A DNA stretch of 32,000 nt from Acaryochloris thomasi RCC1774 (GTDB taxonomy: Bacteria > Cyanobacteriota > Cyanobacteriia > Thermosynechococcales > Thermosynechococcaceae), in assembly GCF_003231495.1 (NCBI RefSeq), contig NZ_PQWO01000004.1:1-32000 (forward strand), read 5' to 3'. Shown piece by piece: positions 6,628 through 15,714 of the stretch; position 1 is the first letter of the stretch, and the number at the start of each line of letters is the position of its first letter. Position numbers and translations under genes: made by a program. The notes under the pieces were generated by a model, which was not told where the DNA came from, searched no databases, and saw only the letters and a list, made by a program, of their open reading frames with translations.

Positions 6628-8502
6628 ATGCTCAATTGGCGCTTAGCAGTTCTCGGTTTTTGCCTTAGTTTTTTGCTGGCGCTCCCGGCAACCTCTCAGA
6701 GCCTCGTGGGGAACCGTTCCGATCAGGCTGCAATTATGCTAGATGGGCGGGAACTCTTTCAGGTCAGTCGGCTTGATGATTATAGTGCCGCCGATCGAGT
6801 CGCGCAGCCCAATAAGCAACTGGCCGGAGCCGTCGAGGCACCTGAACTTCCGCAGGTGGAGGTGCAATTGAAACCCAACTTCGTCACGCTTCGCTTAGCC
6901 GATCAGCATTTGCTGACCGTGACTGAACGGGATCGTCGCTTTGGGATGGCGGCGACAGAACAGGCTAAAGTCTGGCAGCGCCAGCTCAATCGAGCCTTAA
7001 AAACCGCGCAGCTTGAGCGAACATCGGCCTATCGTTATCAGGCTCTTTTTGAATCAGTTGGTATCTTGCTCGCGGTTGTAGTGCTGCATTTTGGGGTGCA
7101 GTGGCAGCGGCGACGGCTACGAGTGGGAAAGAAGAAAAATTTCATTTTGCTGGGACTTACGGCACTGCAGTTGAGTCTGTGGCTAGGAGGAGCCTACTAC
7201 ATTTGTGAACGCTTCCCTCGGTTGCGTTTAGCTCGATATGCCGTTGCCAAAACCTTTAGCCAGCCTCTCTTTGAGCTGAGAAGCGGCGCAGCCTACGGTC
7301 TGATTGATCTAATGCTTTTCTTGGCTTCAGCTGTGGGTCTGTGGGTCGTTGTGCGTGGGTTTACGCTGCTGCTCAAAACCCGAATCTTGAAAATGACTGG
7401 GGTTGAGCGGGGCGTGCAAGATGCGATCGCAATTCTCACCCAATATGCCCTCACTCTTTTGGGCCTCCTCGTCATCCTGCAGCTTGCGGGGGTCGATGTT
7501 AGCTCGCTACTCATTCTAGGGAGCGCCCTTGGTGTTGGTATTGGCTTCGGCCTTCAGAACATCGTCAACAACTTTTTCAGCGGCATCATTATTCTGCTAG
7601 AGCGCCCCATCGAAGTGGGCGATTTTATCCATGTGGGCGATCTCGTGGGCACCGTGGAGCGCATCAGCCCCCGCAGCACTGAAATTCGCACCTTAGATCA
7701 GGTCACTATCATTGTCCCTAACGCTCACTTCACTGAGAAAGAAGTCGTTAACTGGAGTCACGGCAATCCGGTGGCTCGGATTCATTTGCCGGTGGGAGTG
7801 GCCTACGGCTCCAATATTGCGACGGTTCAGATTGCTTTATTAGAAGCTGTTAAGGATCACCCTGATGTGCTGGCCTATCCGCAGCCTCAGATCAACTTTC
7901 AAGGGTTTGGGGAGAGTTCGCTCGATTTCGATATTTTGGTGTGGCTCTGCGAACCGCGTCAGCAATACCGAATCAAAAGCGACCTGTATTACCGTATTGA
8001 AGCCAGTCTGCAGCAGTATAATCTTGAGATTCCGTTTCCCCAGCGGGATTTGCATGTGCGATCGCAACCGCTCGATCAGCTTCTAGCGCTCATGATTCAG
8101 AAGCAGCAGCCAGAGCAGCCCCACCTTTACTACCCCGGTCACCCACAGGACTCAGAGATCAGCCGTCAGCCCACAATAGAGGCGCATAACCTGCAGCCCC
8201 TCCAGAGTATACCCAAGTTTAATCTGGACCTAGAGACTTTAGCCACGCAAATGCGAGCGGGGTTAACGATTGCCGATCGCCGCTATCGTCTCAACCTATA
8301 TCCGCAGTGCTTTGTCGGCTCAGAAGCCGTTGACTGGCTCATGGAAACCCAAAAAGCGACCAAAGAAGAAGCCATTCGCCTCGGCCAAGCCCTCATGAGC
8401 AAAGGCGTCATTCACCACGTTTTAGATAAACACCCCTTCGCTGATGCCTATCTGTTCTATCGATTCTCTAGCGATGAAGCGTCAGATACGGGCAAGCCAT
8501 AA
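6628..8502 (+). CDS. Mechanosensitive ion channel (MscS family) with a C-terminal DEP-like domain
   Basis: 624 aa with a signal-like N-terminus and several TM helices. MscS core: GIGFGLQNIVNNFFSGIIILLERPIEVGDFIHVGDLVGTVERISPRSTEIRTLD. The C-terminal ~70 aa match the DEP consensus. Confidence 0.9.
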   Translation: MLNWRLAVLGFCLSFLLALPATSQSLVGNRSDQAAIMLDGRELFQVSRLDDYSAADRVAQPNKQLAGAVEAPELPQVEVQLKPNFVTLRLADQHLLTVTERDRRFGMAATEQAKVWQRQLNRALKTAQLERTSAYRYQALFESVGILLAVVVLHFGVQWQRRRLRVGKKKNFILLGLTALQLSLWLGGAYYICERFPRLRLARYAVAKTFSQPLFELRSGAAYGLIDLMLFLASAVGLWVVVRGFTLLLKTRILKMTGVERGVQDAIAILTQYALTLLGLLVILQLAGVDVSSLLILGSALGVGIGFGLQNIVNNFFSGIIILLERPIEVGDFIHVGDLVGTVERISPRSTEIRTLDQVTIIVPNAHFTEKEVVNWSHGNPVARIHLPVGVAYGSNIATVQIALLEAVKDHPDVLAYPQPQINFQGFGESSLDFDILVWLCEPRQQYRIKSDLYYRIEASLQQYNLEIPFPQRDLHVRSQPLDQLLALMIQKQQPEQPHLYYPGHPQDSEISRQPTIEAHNLQPLQSIPKFNLDLETLATQMRAGLTIADRRYRLNLYPQCFVGSEAVDWLMETQKATKEEAIRLGQALMSKGVIHHVLDKHPFADAYLFYRFSSDEASDTGKP

Positions 8503-10028
8503 GTTTGCTGTTGTAGAGGTTTTAGAGCTTCCGCTGGCTCTGCTGGCTCCGACTGGTGACGGATGCCTTCATAGATTTCGACATACTCTGTGGCCGGGTT
8601 GCGCCAAGAATAGTCATACTCCATGCCCTGCATCGCTAGCTTGCGAAATTCTTTGGGGTAGTCGTACCACAGACCCACGCCCCTTGCGATCGCACTTTCC
8701 ATCGCTGGGAGGTCACTTTGGTAGAACACATAGCCATTGCGCTCTTCGGGCTTTTTGTCGGCGTCATAATCGCGATCAAATACGGTGTTCACTAACCCAC
8801 CCACGCCCCGGACAACCGGCACCGTACCGTACTTCAATCCGATGATTTGGGTGAGTCCACAGGGTTCATAGTTGCTGGGCACCAGCACCATATCGGCAGC
8901 CGCATAGATGAGATGAGCCAGCTCCTCGTTGAAGCTGATTTCTAAATGGCAATCGGGGTTGCCGCTGAGAAAGTTCTTTTCATGCCAAAACTGGGCGTTA
9001 ATGGCCGCTTCCGTCGCAGACCCCAGCAGGACAAACTGCGCCCTATGGTGGAGCGAATAATAAATGGCGTGGTGCACCAGATGCACCCCTTTTTGCTGAT
9101 CGAGACGACCAATAAAGGCAATGATCGGCTTATCCTCTTCGTCCTGGAGGCCCAGTTGCTTGCGAAGTGCTTTCTTGTTGCGAGCCTTACTCTTGAAGTC
9201 GTCATGGGAATAAGGGAAAGGAATGTAGCAATCGCCTTCAGGGTCCCAAAAGCCATAGTCAATTCCGTTCAGCACACCGGAGAACTTGTGCTGGTGCATA
9301 TGGAGCGTATGACCGAGGCCGCAGCCGATCTCTGTGTGTCTGGCTTCCCAAGCGTGGTGAGGTGAAACCGTCGTCACGTAGTTAGAGTAGACAATCCCGC
9401 CCTTCATGAGATTAAGCGCAAAGGGATTGAACGGATCCTGCAATCGGTCTGGGTGGAAGTAGTAGTCGGGGCGATTGAGGCCGATGGCTTCTAAAACGTT
9501 ATAGCCGGTTTGTCCCTGGTGCTTGAAGTTGTGAATGGTGTAGCAAACTCTCTGAAATTCAAGCCCATGATACTGATACATTTCGTAGAGCATGACGGGA
9601 ATTAACCCGGTTTGCCAATCATGACAGTGAAGTACGTCAGGGCATTTGTTGCTCTGCTGCAAAAATTCCAGCGCCGCCTTGCTAAAGAAGGCAAACCGCA
9701 TAGGGTCATCAGGTGCTCCGTAGTACACCCCCCGATGGAAGTAGTTTTCGCTGGAGTGTGGCTCAATAAAAAAGCACAGCCGCCCGTGAACCCAGCCGCA
9801 GTGAACCGTACAGTAAATGACGCTGCCGTACCAGGGCACTTTGAGGTCGGCGTAGGCTTCATGAAGTCCCCAAATATGGTCATAGCGCATGCAGTCGTAC
9901 TTGGGCAAAATCAGTTCGACACAGTGGCCCTGAATTTCGAGTTCTCGGCTCAGCCCATATACAACGTCGCCCAAACCACCGGCCTTAATGACGGGGGCAC
10001 ATTCAGACGCGATTTGAACGATGTACAT
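8457..10028 (-). CDS. glgA: Glycogen (starch) synthase, GlgA2-type
   Basis: 523 aa. The N-terminus MYIVQIASECAPVIKAGGLGDVVYGLSRELEIQGHCVELILPKYD carries the KxGGL ADP-glucose motif and is GT5/GT1 fold-like throughout. The 3' end overlaps the convergent MscS gene by 46 nt. Confidence 0.95.
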   Translation of the reverse strand: MYIVQIASECAPVIKAGGLGDVVYGLSRELEIQGHCVELILPKYDCMRYDHIWGLHEAYADLKVPWYGSVIYCTVHCGWVHGRLCFFIEPHSSENYFHRGVYYGAPDDPMRFAFFSKAALEFLQQSNKCPDVLHCHDWQTGLIPVMLYEMYQYHGLEFQRVCYTIHNFKHQGQTGYNVLEAIGLNRPDYYFHPDRLQDPFNPFALNLMKGGIVYSNYVTTVSPHHAWEARHTEIGCGLGHTLHMHQHKFSGVLNGIDYGFWDPEGDCYIPFPYSHDDFKSKARNKKALRKQLGLQDEEDKPIIAFIGRLDQQKGVHLVHHAIYYSLHHRAQFVLLGSATEAAINAQFWHEKNFLSGNPDCHLEISFNEELAHLIYAAADMVLVPSNYEPCGLTQIIGLKYGTVPVVRGVGGLVNTVFDRDYDADKKPEERNGYVFYQSDLPAMESAIARGVGLWYDYPKEFRKLAMQGMEYDYSWRNPATEYVEIYEGIRHQSEPAEPAEALKPLQQQTYGLPVSDASSLENR

Positions 10029-10363
10029 AGAAATTCCTCTAGCAACCTGCTTATAGAAGCCCAGAAGTATCAGACTCCCTCTGGAAAAGTATAGATTCCC
10101 AGCGGCCCCTTTTTAGACCTGTTTCTAGTCTCCGATCTCTCAGAGATTTTTCCCATTCCTCTCTATTTTCTGAAACACCCTACCCATAGGAAGCAATAGA
10201 GGTGAGTCTGATTAGCCCCCTACAGATCCTTCAGAACTGATTGTTCCGACACAGTGGGTTGAAGGTGATCACCGATGGATGTCTAGGGAGACTTTGTGCC
10301 ATCACGACGCTTTCGATTCAGTTGCTAGACTCAACATGGCCACAACCACATTAGGAGACAGCT

Positions 10364-10933
10364 GTGATGGAGATTGGCGGCGCAGAATGTTTAGGGGCTA
10401 AGGTTATTGCCGTGAGTCGGAATCAAGCCCATACGTTCCATAAGTCTAATCAGAAGAGTGTTCAACTGCTCGCGGGCCTTGGAGTTCAAGGAGATGCCCA
10501 TATGGGGCAAACTGTAAAACATCGATCACGAGTGGCGTCTGACCCTAGTCAACCCAATCTGCGTCAAGTTCATCTCATTCATACTGAACTACACGCTGAA
10601 CTGCGGGCTTCTGGTTTCAATATTGCCCCAGGCCAAATGGGAGAAAATATTACGACGCAAGGTATCAAGCTTCTTGATTTACCGAGGGGGACACGGCTCC
10701 ATATTGGAGAGACAGCCGTCATTGAAGTAACGGGTTTACGCAACCCCTGTTCGCAACTGGATCAGTTCCAGCCGGGTTTAATGGCTGCTGTTTTAGACCA
10801 CGATGCTCAGGGCAAGCTGATTCGCAAGGCTGGCATTATGGCGATCGTGTTGGTGGATGGTACAGTCAGCCCCCAGGATCCGATTTGTACTGAGCTGCCT
10901 CCACAGCCTTATCAAGCGCTTGAGAGAGTTTGA
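10364..10933 (+). CDS. MOSC domain-containing protein
   Basis: 189 aa. GENITTQGIKLLDLPRGTRLHIGETAVIEVTGLRNPCSQLD is the MOSC beta-barrel with the conserved Cys. Start is GTG 10364 or ATG 10367. Confidence 0.85.
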   Translation: MMEIGGAECLGAKVIAVSRNQAHTFHKSNQKSVQLLAGLGVQGDAHMGQTVKHRSRVASDPSQPNLRQVHLIHTELHAELRASGFNIAPGQMGENITTQGIKLLDLPRGTRLHIGETAVIEVTGLRNPCSQLDQFQPGLMAAVLDHDAQGKLIRKAGIMAIVLVDGTVSPQDPICTELPPQPYQALERV

Positions 10934-10983
10934 GAGGGTAGCTAGCGTAATCTGTATTGAAGGCCAAGATTTGAGGAAGAGAG

Positions 10984-11859
10984 ATGAAGCTGCATAACAG
11001 GCACAAACGCAAAAAAAGACGAAAACTTTGGCGAAAATTCGTTCCTGTCTTGAGCTTACTGCTGTTGTTTGCGATCGCACTCCCTATCTACGGCTTTAAG
11101 ATCGAACCCTATTGGCTACAGGTCAAAACCGTACCGCTTACCCTGCCCCATCTTGCCTCAGAGTTTGATGGCTACCGAATAGTTCAGCTCAGCGACCTGC
11201 ATATCGTTGATGAGATGCCCCAGCGCTATTTAGAACGTGTGATTCGAGTGACGAACCGCCAACAGCCTGACCTAATTGCGATCACAGGAGATATCGTCAC
11301 GGACGAGCCGCAGCGCTACGCCTCCAGAATAGAAGCAGCTTTGCAGAAGCTAGAAGCGCCCACCGTTTCCGTCATGGGCAATCACGATCACTGGTCAGAC
11401 CCCACGGCCGTACGTCAGATTCTAAAAAACAGCCGGGTGATTGATATCAGCAATGGTGTATACGATGTATATCGAAAATCAGCCCAGCTCCATATTGCGG
11501 GTGTTGATGATGTGTGGGCAGGGGCTGCCGATCTCGATCTCGTAATGGCGCAGTTGCCTGACGAAGGTGCAGCTATTCTGTTAGCCCACGAGCCAGATTT
11601 TGCCGATACGGCGGTTAAAACCCATCGGTTTGATCTAGAGCTGTCAGGCCATGCCCACGGAGGACAGGTGACGATTCCCTTTGTCGGTCCCCCAGTTCTG
11701 CCTCCCTACGGTAAGCGCTACCCAGTGGGACAGTATCAGATTGAAGATTTAATTCAGTACACCAATCGAGGGATTGGAATGGTTTCCCCTCGTGCTCGTT
11801 TCGGCAGTCGGCCCGAAATTACGGTGTTTCAGCTCTCTTCTGCACAAGCTGCAGAGTAA
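10984..11859 (+). CDS. Metallophosphoesterase (calcineurin-like) with an N-terminal membrane anchor
   Basis: Motifs DLHIVD, GDIVTD, GNHD and GHAHGGQ in canonical order. The N-terminal basic stretch plus hydrophobic helix is VPVLSLLLLFAIALPIYGF. Confidence 0.9.
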   Translation: MKLHNRHKRKKRRKLWRKFVPVLSLLLLFAIALPIYGFKIEPYWLQVKTVPLTLPHLASEFDGYRIVQLSDLHIVDEMPQRYLERVIRVTNRQQPDLIAITGDIVTDEPQRYASRIEAALQKLEAPTVSVMGNHDHWSDPTAVRQILKNSRVIDISNGVYDVYRKSAQLHIAGVDDVWAGAADLDLVMAQLPDEGAAILLAHEPDFADTAVKTHRFDLELSGHAHGGQVTIPFVGPPVLPPYGKRYPVGQYQIEDLIQYTNRGIGMVSPRARFGSRPEITVFQLSSAQAAE

Positions 11860-11927
11860 AGATCTTCAATTGCCGTCGTCATCCCGCTTTGATATCGTAG
11901 CCTCAGCGCTGAATGAGAGTGCACCCT

Positions 11928-12842
11928 TTATTTCAACTGCTTTAGCCAAATCCTTAAATTCTCAATCTGCTCGAAATCAAGCAGCGCTTCACCTAACAGC
12001 TCAGTTTGCTCGAAAGAGAGAGAGGAGATCGCAGCTTCCTCAGCTGCAGACAGTGCTCCTACTTTGCGGATCAGTTGACGGATCACCAGCGATCGTTCAC
12101 GCTCAAGTCCCTGCTCAAGTCCCTGCTCAAGTCCCTGTTGCTGTGTGGTTTGCTCCCACTCCAGGAATGCTTGTGAAAGCGCCATGACGGCCTCCTGCTC
12201 TTCAATCTCTATTCCACTTAATTCTATCGTAAGCTTCCAACTGCTCAGGATTCTCAGCATCAGAGATCGTTCGGGCTGATCTGCTGAGAGAGCAAATACG
12301 TCGGCTACAGCTTCCGCCTGAACTGTTCCGCTTCCTAATACTCTCAAGATCAGCGTCTCACGGGTTCGGGGCAGTTCATTAATTGAGACGAAAGCTGTCT
12401 TCAGCCCTGGGACCGTGAAGTATATGCCGTCGCCCCAGTCAGCATTACCTCTTGCACCAAATTCCTGTAGTACAGGCTTAGAAATAGAGGTTGCCAGAAT
12501 CCAGAGGAACGGTAGTGTTTCTTCTACGATTGACTGTTCCTGTCTTCCAGCCTTGCGCCTCAATTCTTCTTGGACCCACAGTAGCTTCAGCAAGCAACTA
12601 CGAACCTCAAAGCGGCTAGGTGGATTGCGGTAGGGTTCTAGTAAGCACGGTGTTTGAGCAATCTTGCTGAGGACATCAGGGGTTGAGGGCGCGATAGGTT
12701 TAGTCTTGAGATGAGGAACAAACCATAAATCAACCCACTTTGCTTCACCGGGGATTTCTAAACTCCGCTGAACGGTTCCGAAGGGGGCGAGTAATTCTTC
12801 TAGCAGTTGTTTGGACAGCTGGTCATGGGGGTGCTGAGTCAT
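11928..12842 (-). CDS. DUF4351-domain protein of a cyanobacterial multi-copy family (putative PD-(D/E)XK nuclease-like)
   Basis: 304 aa. The C-terminus SLVIRQLIRKVGALSAAEEAAISSLSFEQTELLGEALLDFEQIENLRIWLKQ fits the DUF4351 pattern as I recall it. It shares that pattern with the gene at 15715-16539. It contains a QGLE x3 repeat. Confidence 0.75.
   Translation of the reverse strand: MTQHPHDQLSKQLLEELLAPFGTVQRSLEIPGEAKWVDLWFVPHLKTKPIAPSTPDVLSKIAQTPCLLEPYRNPPSRFEVRSCLLKLLWVQEELRRKAGRQEQSIVEETLPFLWILATSISKPVLQEFGARGNADWGDGIYFTVPGLKTAFVSINELPRTRETLILRVLGSGTVQAEAVADVFALSADQPERSLMLRILSSWKLTIELSGIEIEEQEAVMALSQAFLEWEQTTQQQGLEQGLEQGLERERSLVIRQLIRKVGALSAAEEAAISSLSFEQTELLGEALLDFEQIENLRIWLKQLK
12101..12136. 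repeat. Perfect 12-bp tandem repeat x3 (GCTCAAGTCCCT) inside a CDS
   Basis: Units at 12101-12112, 12113-12124 and 12125-12136. On the minus strand they encode QGLEQGLEQGLE. Confidence 0.9.
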
Positions 12843-12900
12843 CGAGGAGCCAAGAAAACTCTACTCATTTTTAAGCTATGTGCGTCCCAGGTAAAGGTTA

Positions 12901-13359
12901 TCAGTCGTCACCATCATCAACCATTTTGAGGGGGTTGGCGCGGTCTTCAACGGGCCACTCAGGATTCTCTCCTCCGATGATCAGCTCCTGAATCTGAACG
13001 AAGTCTTGGCTGAATCTTTTTAGGGTATTGATCAGAACATCAAGTGCGATCGCATCACTGGTTCCCAGATCAATCCAAATCCGACACCAGTAGCCCTCAT
13101 ACTCAAACTCCCCCATGTTGTGCATCAGTGCCATCAGGGGTGTATCAGAGGTGGTCTCGCTATAGGGCATATAGCTGAGATCAACCCCCGCGTCCTGCAC
13201 CTGGAGATTCTCCGCGTCAAAGCCTCCTAGCTTCCCAAGAAAAAACCAGGAATTAAACACCTCTTCTAGATATTGCTTTTCCTGCTCTGACGGAGCCGTC
13301 TCAAACTCTACCCAAATCCATAGATCAAAGGCGTTGAATTCCCGGAAAGATACGTTCAT
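12901..13359 (-). CDS. Conserved cyanobacterial/plant-type protein of unknown function (DUF3531-like, from memory)
   Basis: 152 aa. FREFNAFDLWIWVEFETAPSEQEKQYLEEVFNSWFFLGKLGGFDAENLQVQ resembles the DUF3531 family. The ATG lies 7 nt after the upstream TPR gene stop. Confidence 0.7.
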   Translation of the reverse strand: MNVSFREFNAFDLWIWVEFETAPSEQEKQYLEEVFNSWFFLGKLGGFDAENLQVQDAGVDLSYMPYSETTSDTPLMALMHNMGEFEYEGYWCRIWIDLGTSDAIALDVLINTLKRFSQDFVQIQELIIGGENPEWPVEDRANPLKMVDDGDD

Positions 13360-13366
13360 AGAGCAG

Positions 13367-14257
13367 CTACAGTTTGCTACGTTCCTTAGTAATTTGCTTC
13401 ACCAAACCCGCAGGCAACCGATCCTTTTGGGCCAGAGCGCCGTCAAAAAACTGGCGACTGGCTGCTAGCTTACCCTGCTTTCGCAGGATTTGCGCCTTAA
13501 GATAAAACAGCTCTGGGTTCGTGGGAGCCTGTTCAAGCGCCCGATTGACGGCCTCCAATGCCTGCTCTTGGGAACCGTGATCGCGATAGGCCAAGGCAAC
13601 CCCCCGCAAAGACAGATAGCCGGGGGCCGCATAATTTTGGAGTTTGTTAATCGCCTGCTTCGGACTCACGAGCGCCACTTCATTAGCGAGCAACAGTTCA
13701 ATATATCCCGTGATCAAATTGAGTTCTGGATCTTCCGGATTGATATCCGTGGCCTTCTCTAAATGACTAAATACTTTCTGGACATTATCCAGTGCTGCTG
13801 GCAGCCCCCCCGGCAAACCGTCACCTGCATCTGAAACCACGTAGGCCGCCTCTAGAAAGTAACCCACCGCCTGATAGAGGTTGCCCCGCAGCGGATCGGT
13901 GCCGCTGGTGTTGAGTTCAGTGGCTACCTGTCGCGTGCGCGTGCCATAGGTTTTGAACGTACTCCAATCTTCGTCGAGGTAGGCAAAGGTGGCCAACATC
14001 GCATAGGTGAGCGGATCGGGCTGAGTGGTGGTGTTGCGGGCCTGCTGTAGCATCAGCCGCGCTTTCGGATAGTCTCCAGTTTTAAAGAGCATTTCAAAAG
14101 CTTCTGCGGTGCCTGTGTCTAAAGTCCTGGCCGCTTGCCCAGAGCGAAAGGGATCGGCGGCGAAGGCCGACTCCACAAGACCGATAGCTGGTGCAGCCAG
14201 CAGGAGAGTTGCGCTTAAACTATGCGCCAGCCATCGGGTGTATCGCCGGGTGTTCAT
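13367..14257 (-). CDS. Secreted TPR-repeat protein (Sll0314/Alr1548-like, from memory)
   Basis: Signal peptide ending AFA-ADPFR, with TPR-like helical repeats throughout. I prefer ATG 14257 because AGGAG lies 7 nt upstream; the maximal ORF extends to a TTG at 14278. Confidence 0.82.
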   Translation of the reverse strand: MNTRRYTRWLAHSLSATLLLAAPAIGLVESAFAADPFRSGQAARTLDTGTAEAFEMLFKTGDYPKARLMLQQARNTTTQPDPLTYAMLATFAYLDEDWSTFKTYGTRTRQVATELNTSGTDPLRGNLYQAVGYFLEAAYVVSDAGDGLPGGLPAALDNVQKVFSHLEKATDINPEDPELNLITGYIELLLANEVALVSPKQAINKLQNYAAPGYLSLRGVALAYRDHGSQEQALEAVNRALEQAPTNPELFYLKAQILRKQGKLAASRQFFDGALAQKDRLPAGLVKQITKERSKL

Positions 14258-14321
14258 ATCTTTACTCCTAATCATCAAACACAGTAAAACAGGTCAGCCA
14301 GACTTGGACTACGCTAGAGGC

Positions 14322-14975
14322 ATGCTCTACTTGAAAGACTTGGCCTATCATCCGACAGCCGCCGCGAGTCCGATCTTGCAACAGGTTCATTTAAAGCTTG
14401 CCCCCCAGGAGTTAGGACTGGTCATTGGTCCCAGTGGTTCCGGCAAAAGTACGCTGCTCGAAATTTTGGCGGGGTTGGCTTCCCCTACATCGGGGCAGGT
14501 CTATTGGCGCGATCAAGAGCTAAAAGCCAATCAGCTTCAACAGCTTGCAGGGCTTGTGTTTCAGTTTCCAGAGCGACACTTCTGTGGCGGCACGATTCTC
14601 GAAGAACTGCGCCTCGGCCACCCTGAACTCGGGTCAGAACAGGTCCACAATGCGCTTCAAGAGGTAGGGTTATCCGATCTGTCGCTGTACAATTCACCTC
14701 AGGCACTCAGCGGCGGTCAACAGCGACGGCTGGCGCTAGCGGTGCAGCTCATTCGGCAGCCTTCTATTTTGTTAATGGATGAGCCAACGGCGGGTTTAGA
14801 CTGGTCGATGCGGCGTCAGTTGGTGAATTTGCTAGCTAAGCTCAAGCAACACTGGAGTTTGCTGATTGTCACCCACGACCCGGAAGAGCTGATCGCCCTC
14901 GCAGACCGCAGTTGGACCCTTGATCATGGAAATCTCGTCACGATGTCCCAAGCTGCCTCAGCAGGACTGGCTTAA
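14322..14975 (+). CDS. ABC transporter ATP-binding protein (ECF/cobalt-type), with no permease gene adjacent
   Basis: Walker A GPSGSGKSTL, signature LSGGQQRRLALA, Walker B ILLMDEPTAGLD. The ATG at 14322 gives a normal 217-aa ATPase. The longer track ORF starting at 14109 overlaps the divergent TPR gene. Confidence 0.9.
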   Translation: MLYLKDLAYHPTAAASPILQQVHLKLAPQELGLVIGPSGSGKSTLLEILAGLASPTSGQVYWRDQELKANQLQQLAGLVFQFPERHFCGGTILEELRLGHPELGSEQVHNALQEVGLSDLSLYNSPQALSGGQQRRLALAVQLIRQPSILLMDEPTAGLDWSMRRQLVNLLAKLKQHWSLLIVTHDPEELIALADRSWTLDHGNLVTMSQAASAGLA

Positions 14976-15684
14976 AATACTGGACTGGCAACCGAGTCCG
15001 CAGCAGCTAGAGCAGTTTCAAAACCTTTACGCTCAGATTCTGCAGGGGAACCAGCAGCTCAATCTAACGCGGATCACAGAGGCTCCAGATTTTTGGGAAA
15101 AGCATCTGTGGGATTCTTTGGCGGGGGTGCGGCCCTGGCTTGTTGAAGAATCGAGTCTTCCTGTCGTTTTGCCTGATGATTGCCGGGTGATTGATATCGG
15201 TTCGGGGGGCGGGTTCCCTGGGTTGCCGGTTGCGATTGCTTGCTCGGCATGGCAGGTGTCTCTGCTGGATGCGACGCGCAAAAAGATGGCGTTTCTAGAG
15301 ACGGTGGCGCAGGCGTTGGGGTTGGCGAACGTGAAGGTGATTTGCGATCGCGCTGAGTCTCTCGGTCAAGACCCGGCCCATCGTCAGCAGTACGATCTGG
15401 CTTTGATTCGAGCGGTGGGTCCAGCTTCGGTGTGTGCCGAGTATGCGCTGCCGTTGTTGAAGCTGCGGGGCATTGCGGTTCTCTATCGCGGTCAGTGGTC
15501 TGAGGATGAGGCGGGGGCGTTACGGGCGGCACTGGAGCAGTTGGGCGGTGAGATTGTTGAGACCAGACGCTTTAAGCTTCCGGTAAGCGGCGGCGAGAGG
15601 CACTATCTCTATCTACAGAAGCAGCAGGAGACATCACAGAAGTTCCCGAGGCGGGTAGGTCTGCCTGTGAAAAGACCCCTGTAG
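14926..15684 (+). CDS. rsmG: 16S rRNA (guanine527-N7)-methyltransferase
   Basis: LNLTRITEAPDFWEKHLWDSL and the SAM motif VIDIGSGGGFPGLPVAIA. Start is ATG 14926 (or TTG 14920), overlapping the ABC gene 3' end by about 50 nt. Confidence 0.9.
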   Translation: MEISSRCPKLPQQDWLKILDWQPSPQQLEQFQNLYAQILQGNQQLNLTRITEAPDFWEKHLWDSLAGVRPWLVEESSLPVVLPDDCRVIDIGSGGGFPGLPVAIACSAWQVSLLDATRKKMAFLETVAQALGLANVKVICDRAESLGQDPAHRQQYDLALIRAVGPASVCAEYALPLLKLRGIAVLYRGQWSEDEAGALRAALEQLGGEIVETRRFKLPVSGGERHYLYLQKQQETSQKFPRRVGLPVKRPL

Positions 15685-15714
15685 AGATCGTCTAGAACTC
15701 TGTATATTTGATGC

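Noticed and set aside
8946-10094. ORFs 8946-9365 (+), 9612-10094 (+), 8942-9262 (-) and 9602-9883 (-)
   Set aside because: These are antisense or off-frame shadows inside the well-supported glgA CDS.
15033-15532. 152-aa and 82-aa minus-strand ORFs
   Set aside because: They are antisense shadows of rsmG in GC-rich DNA, with Pro/Thr/Ser-rich low-complexity translations.
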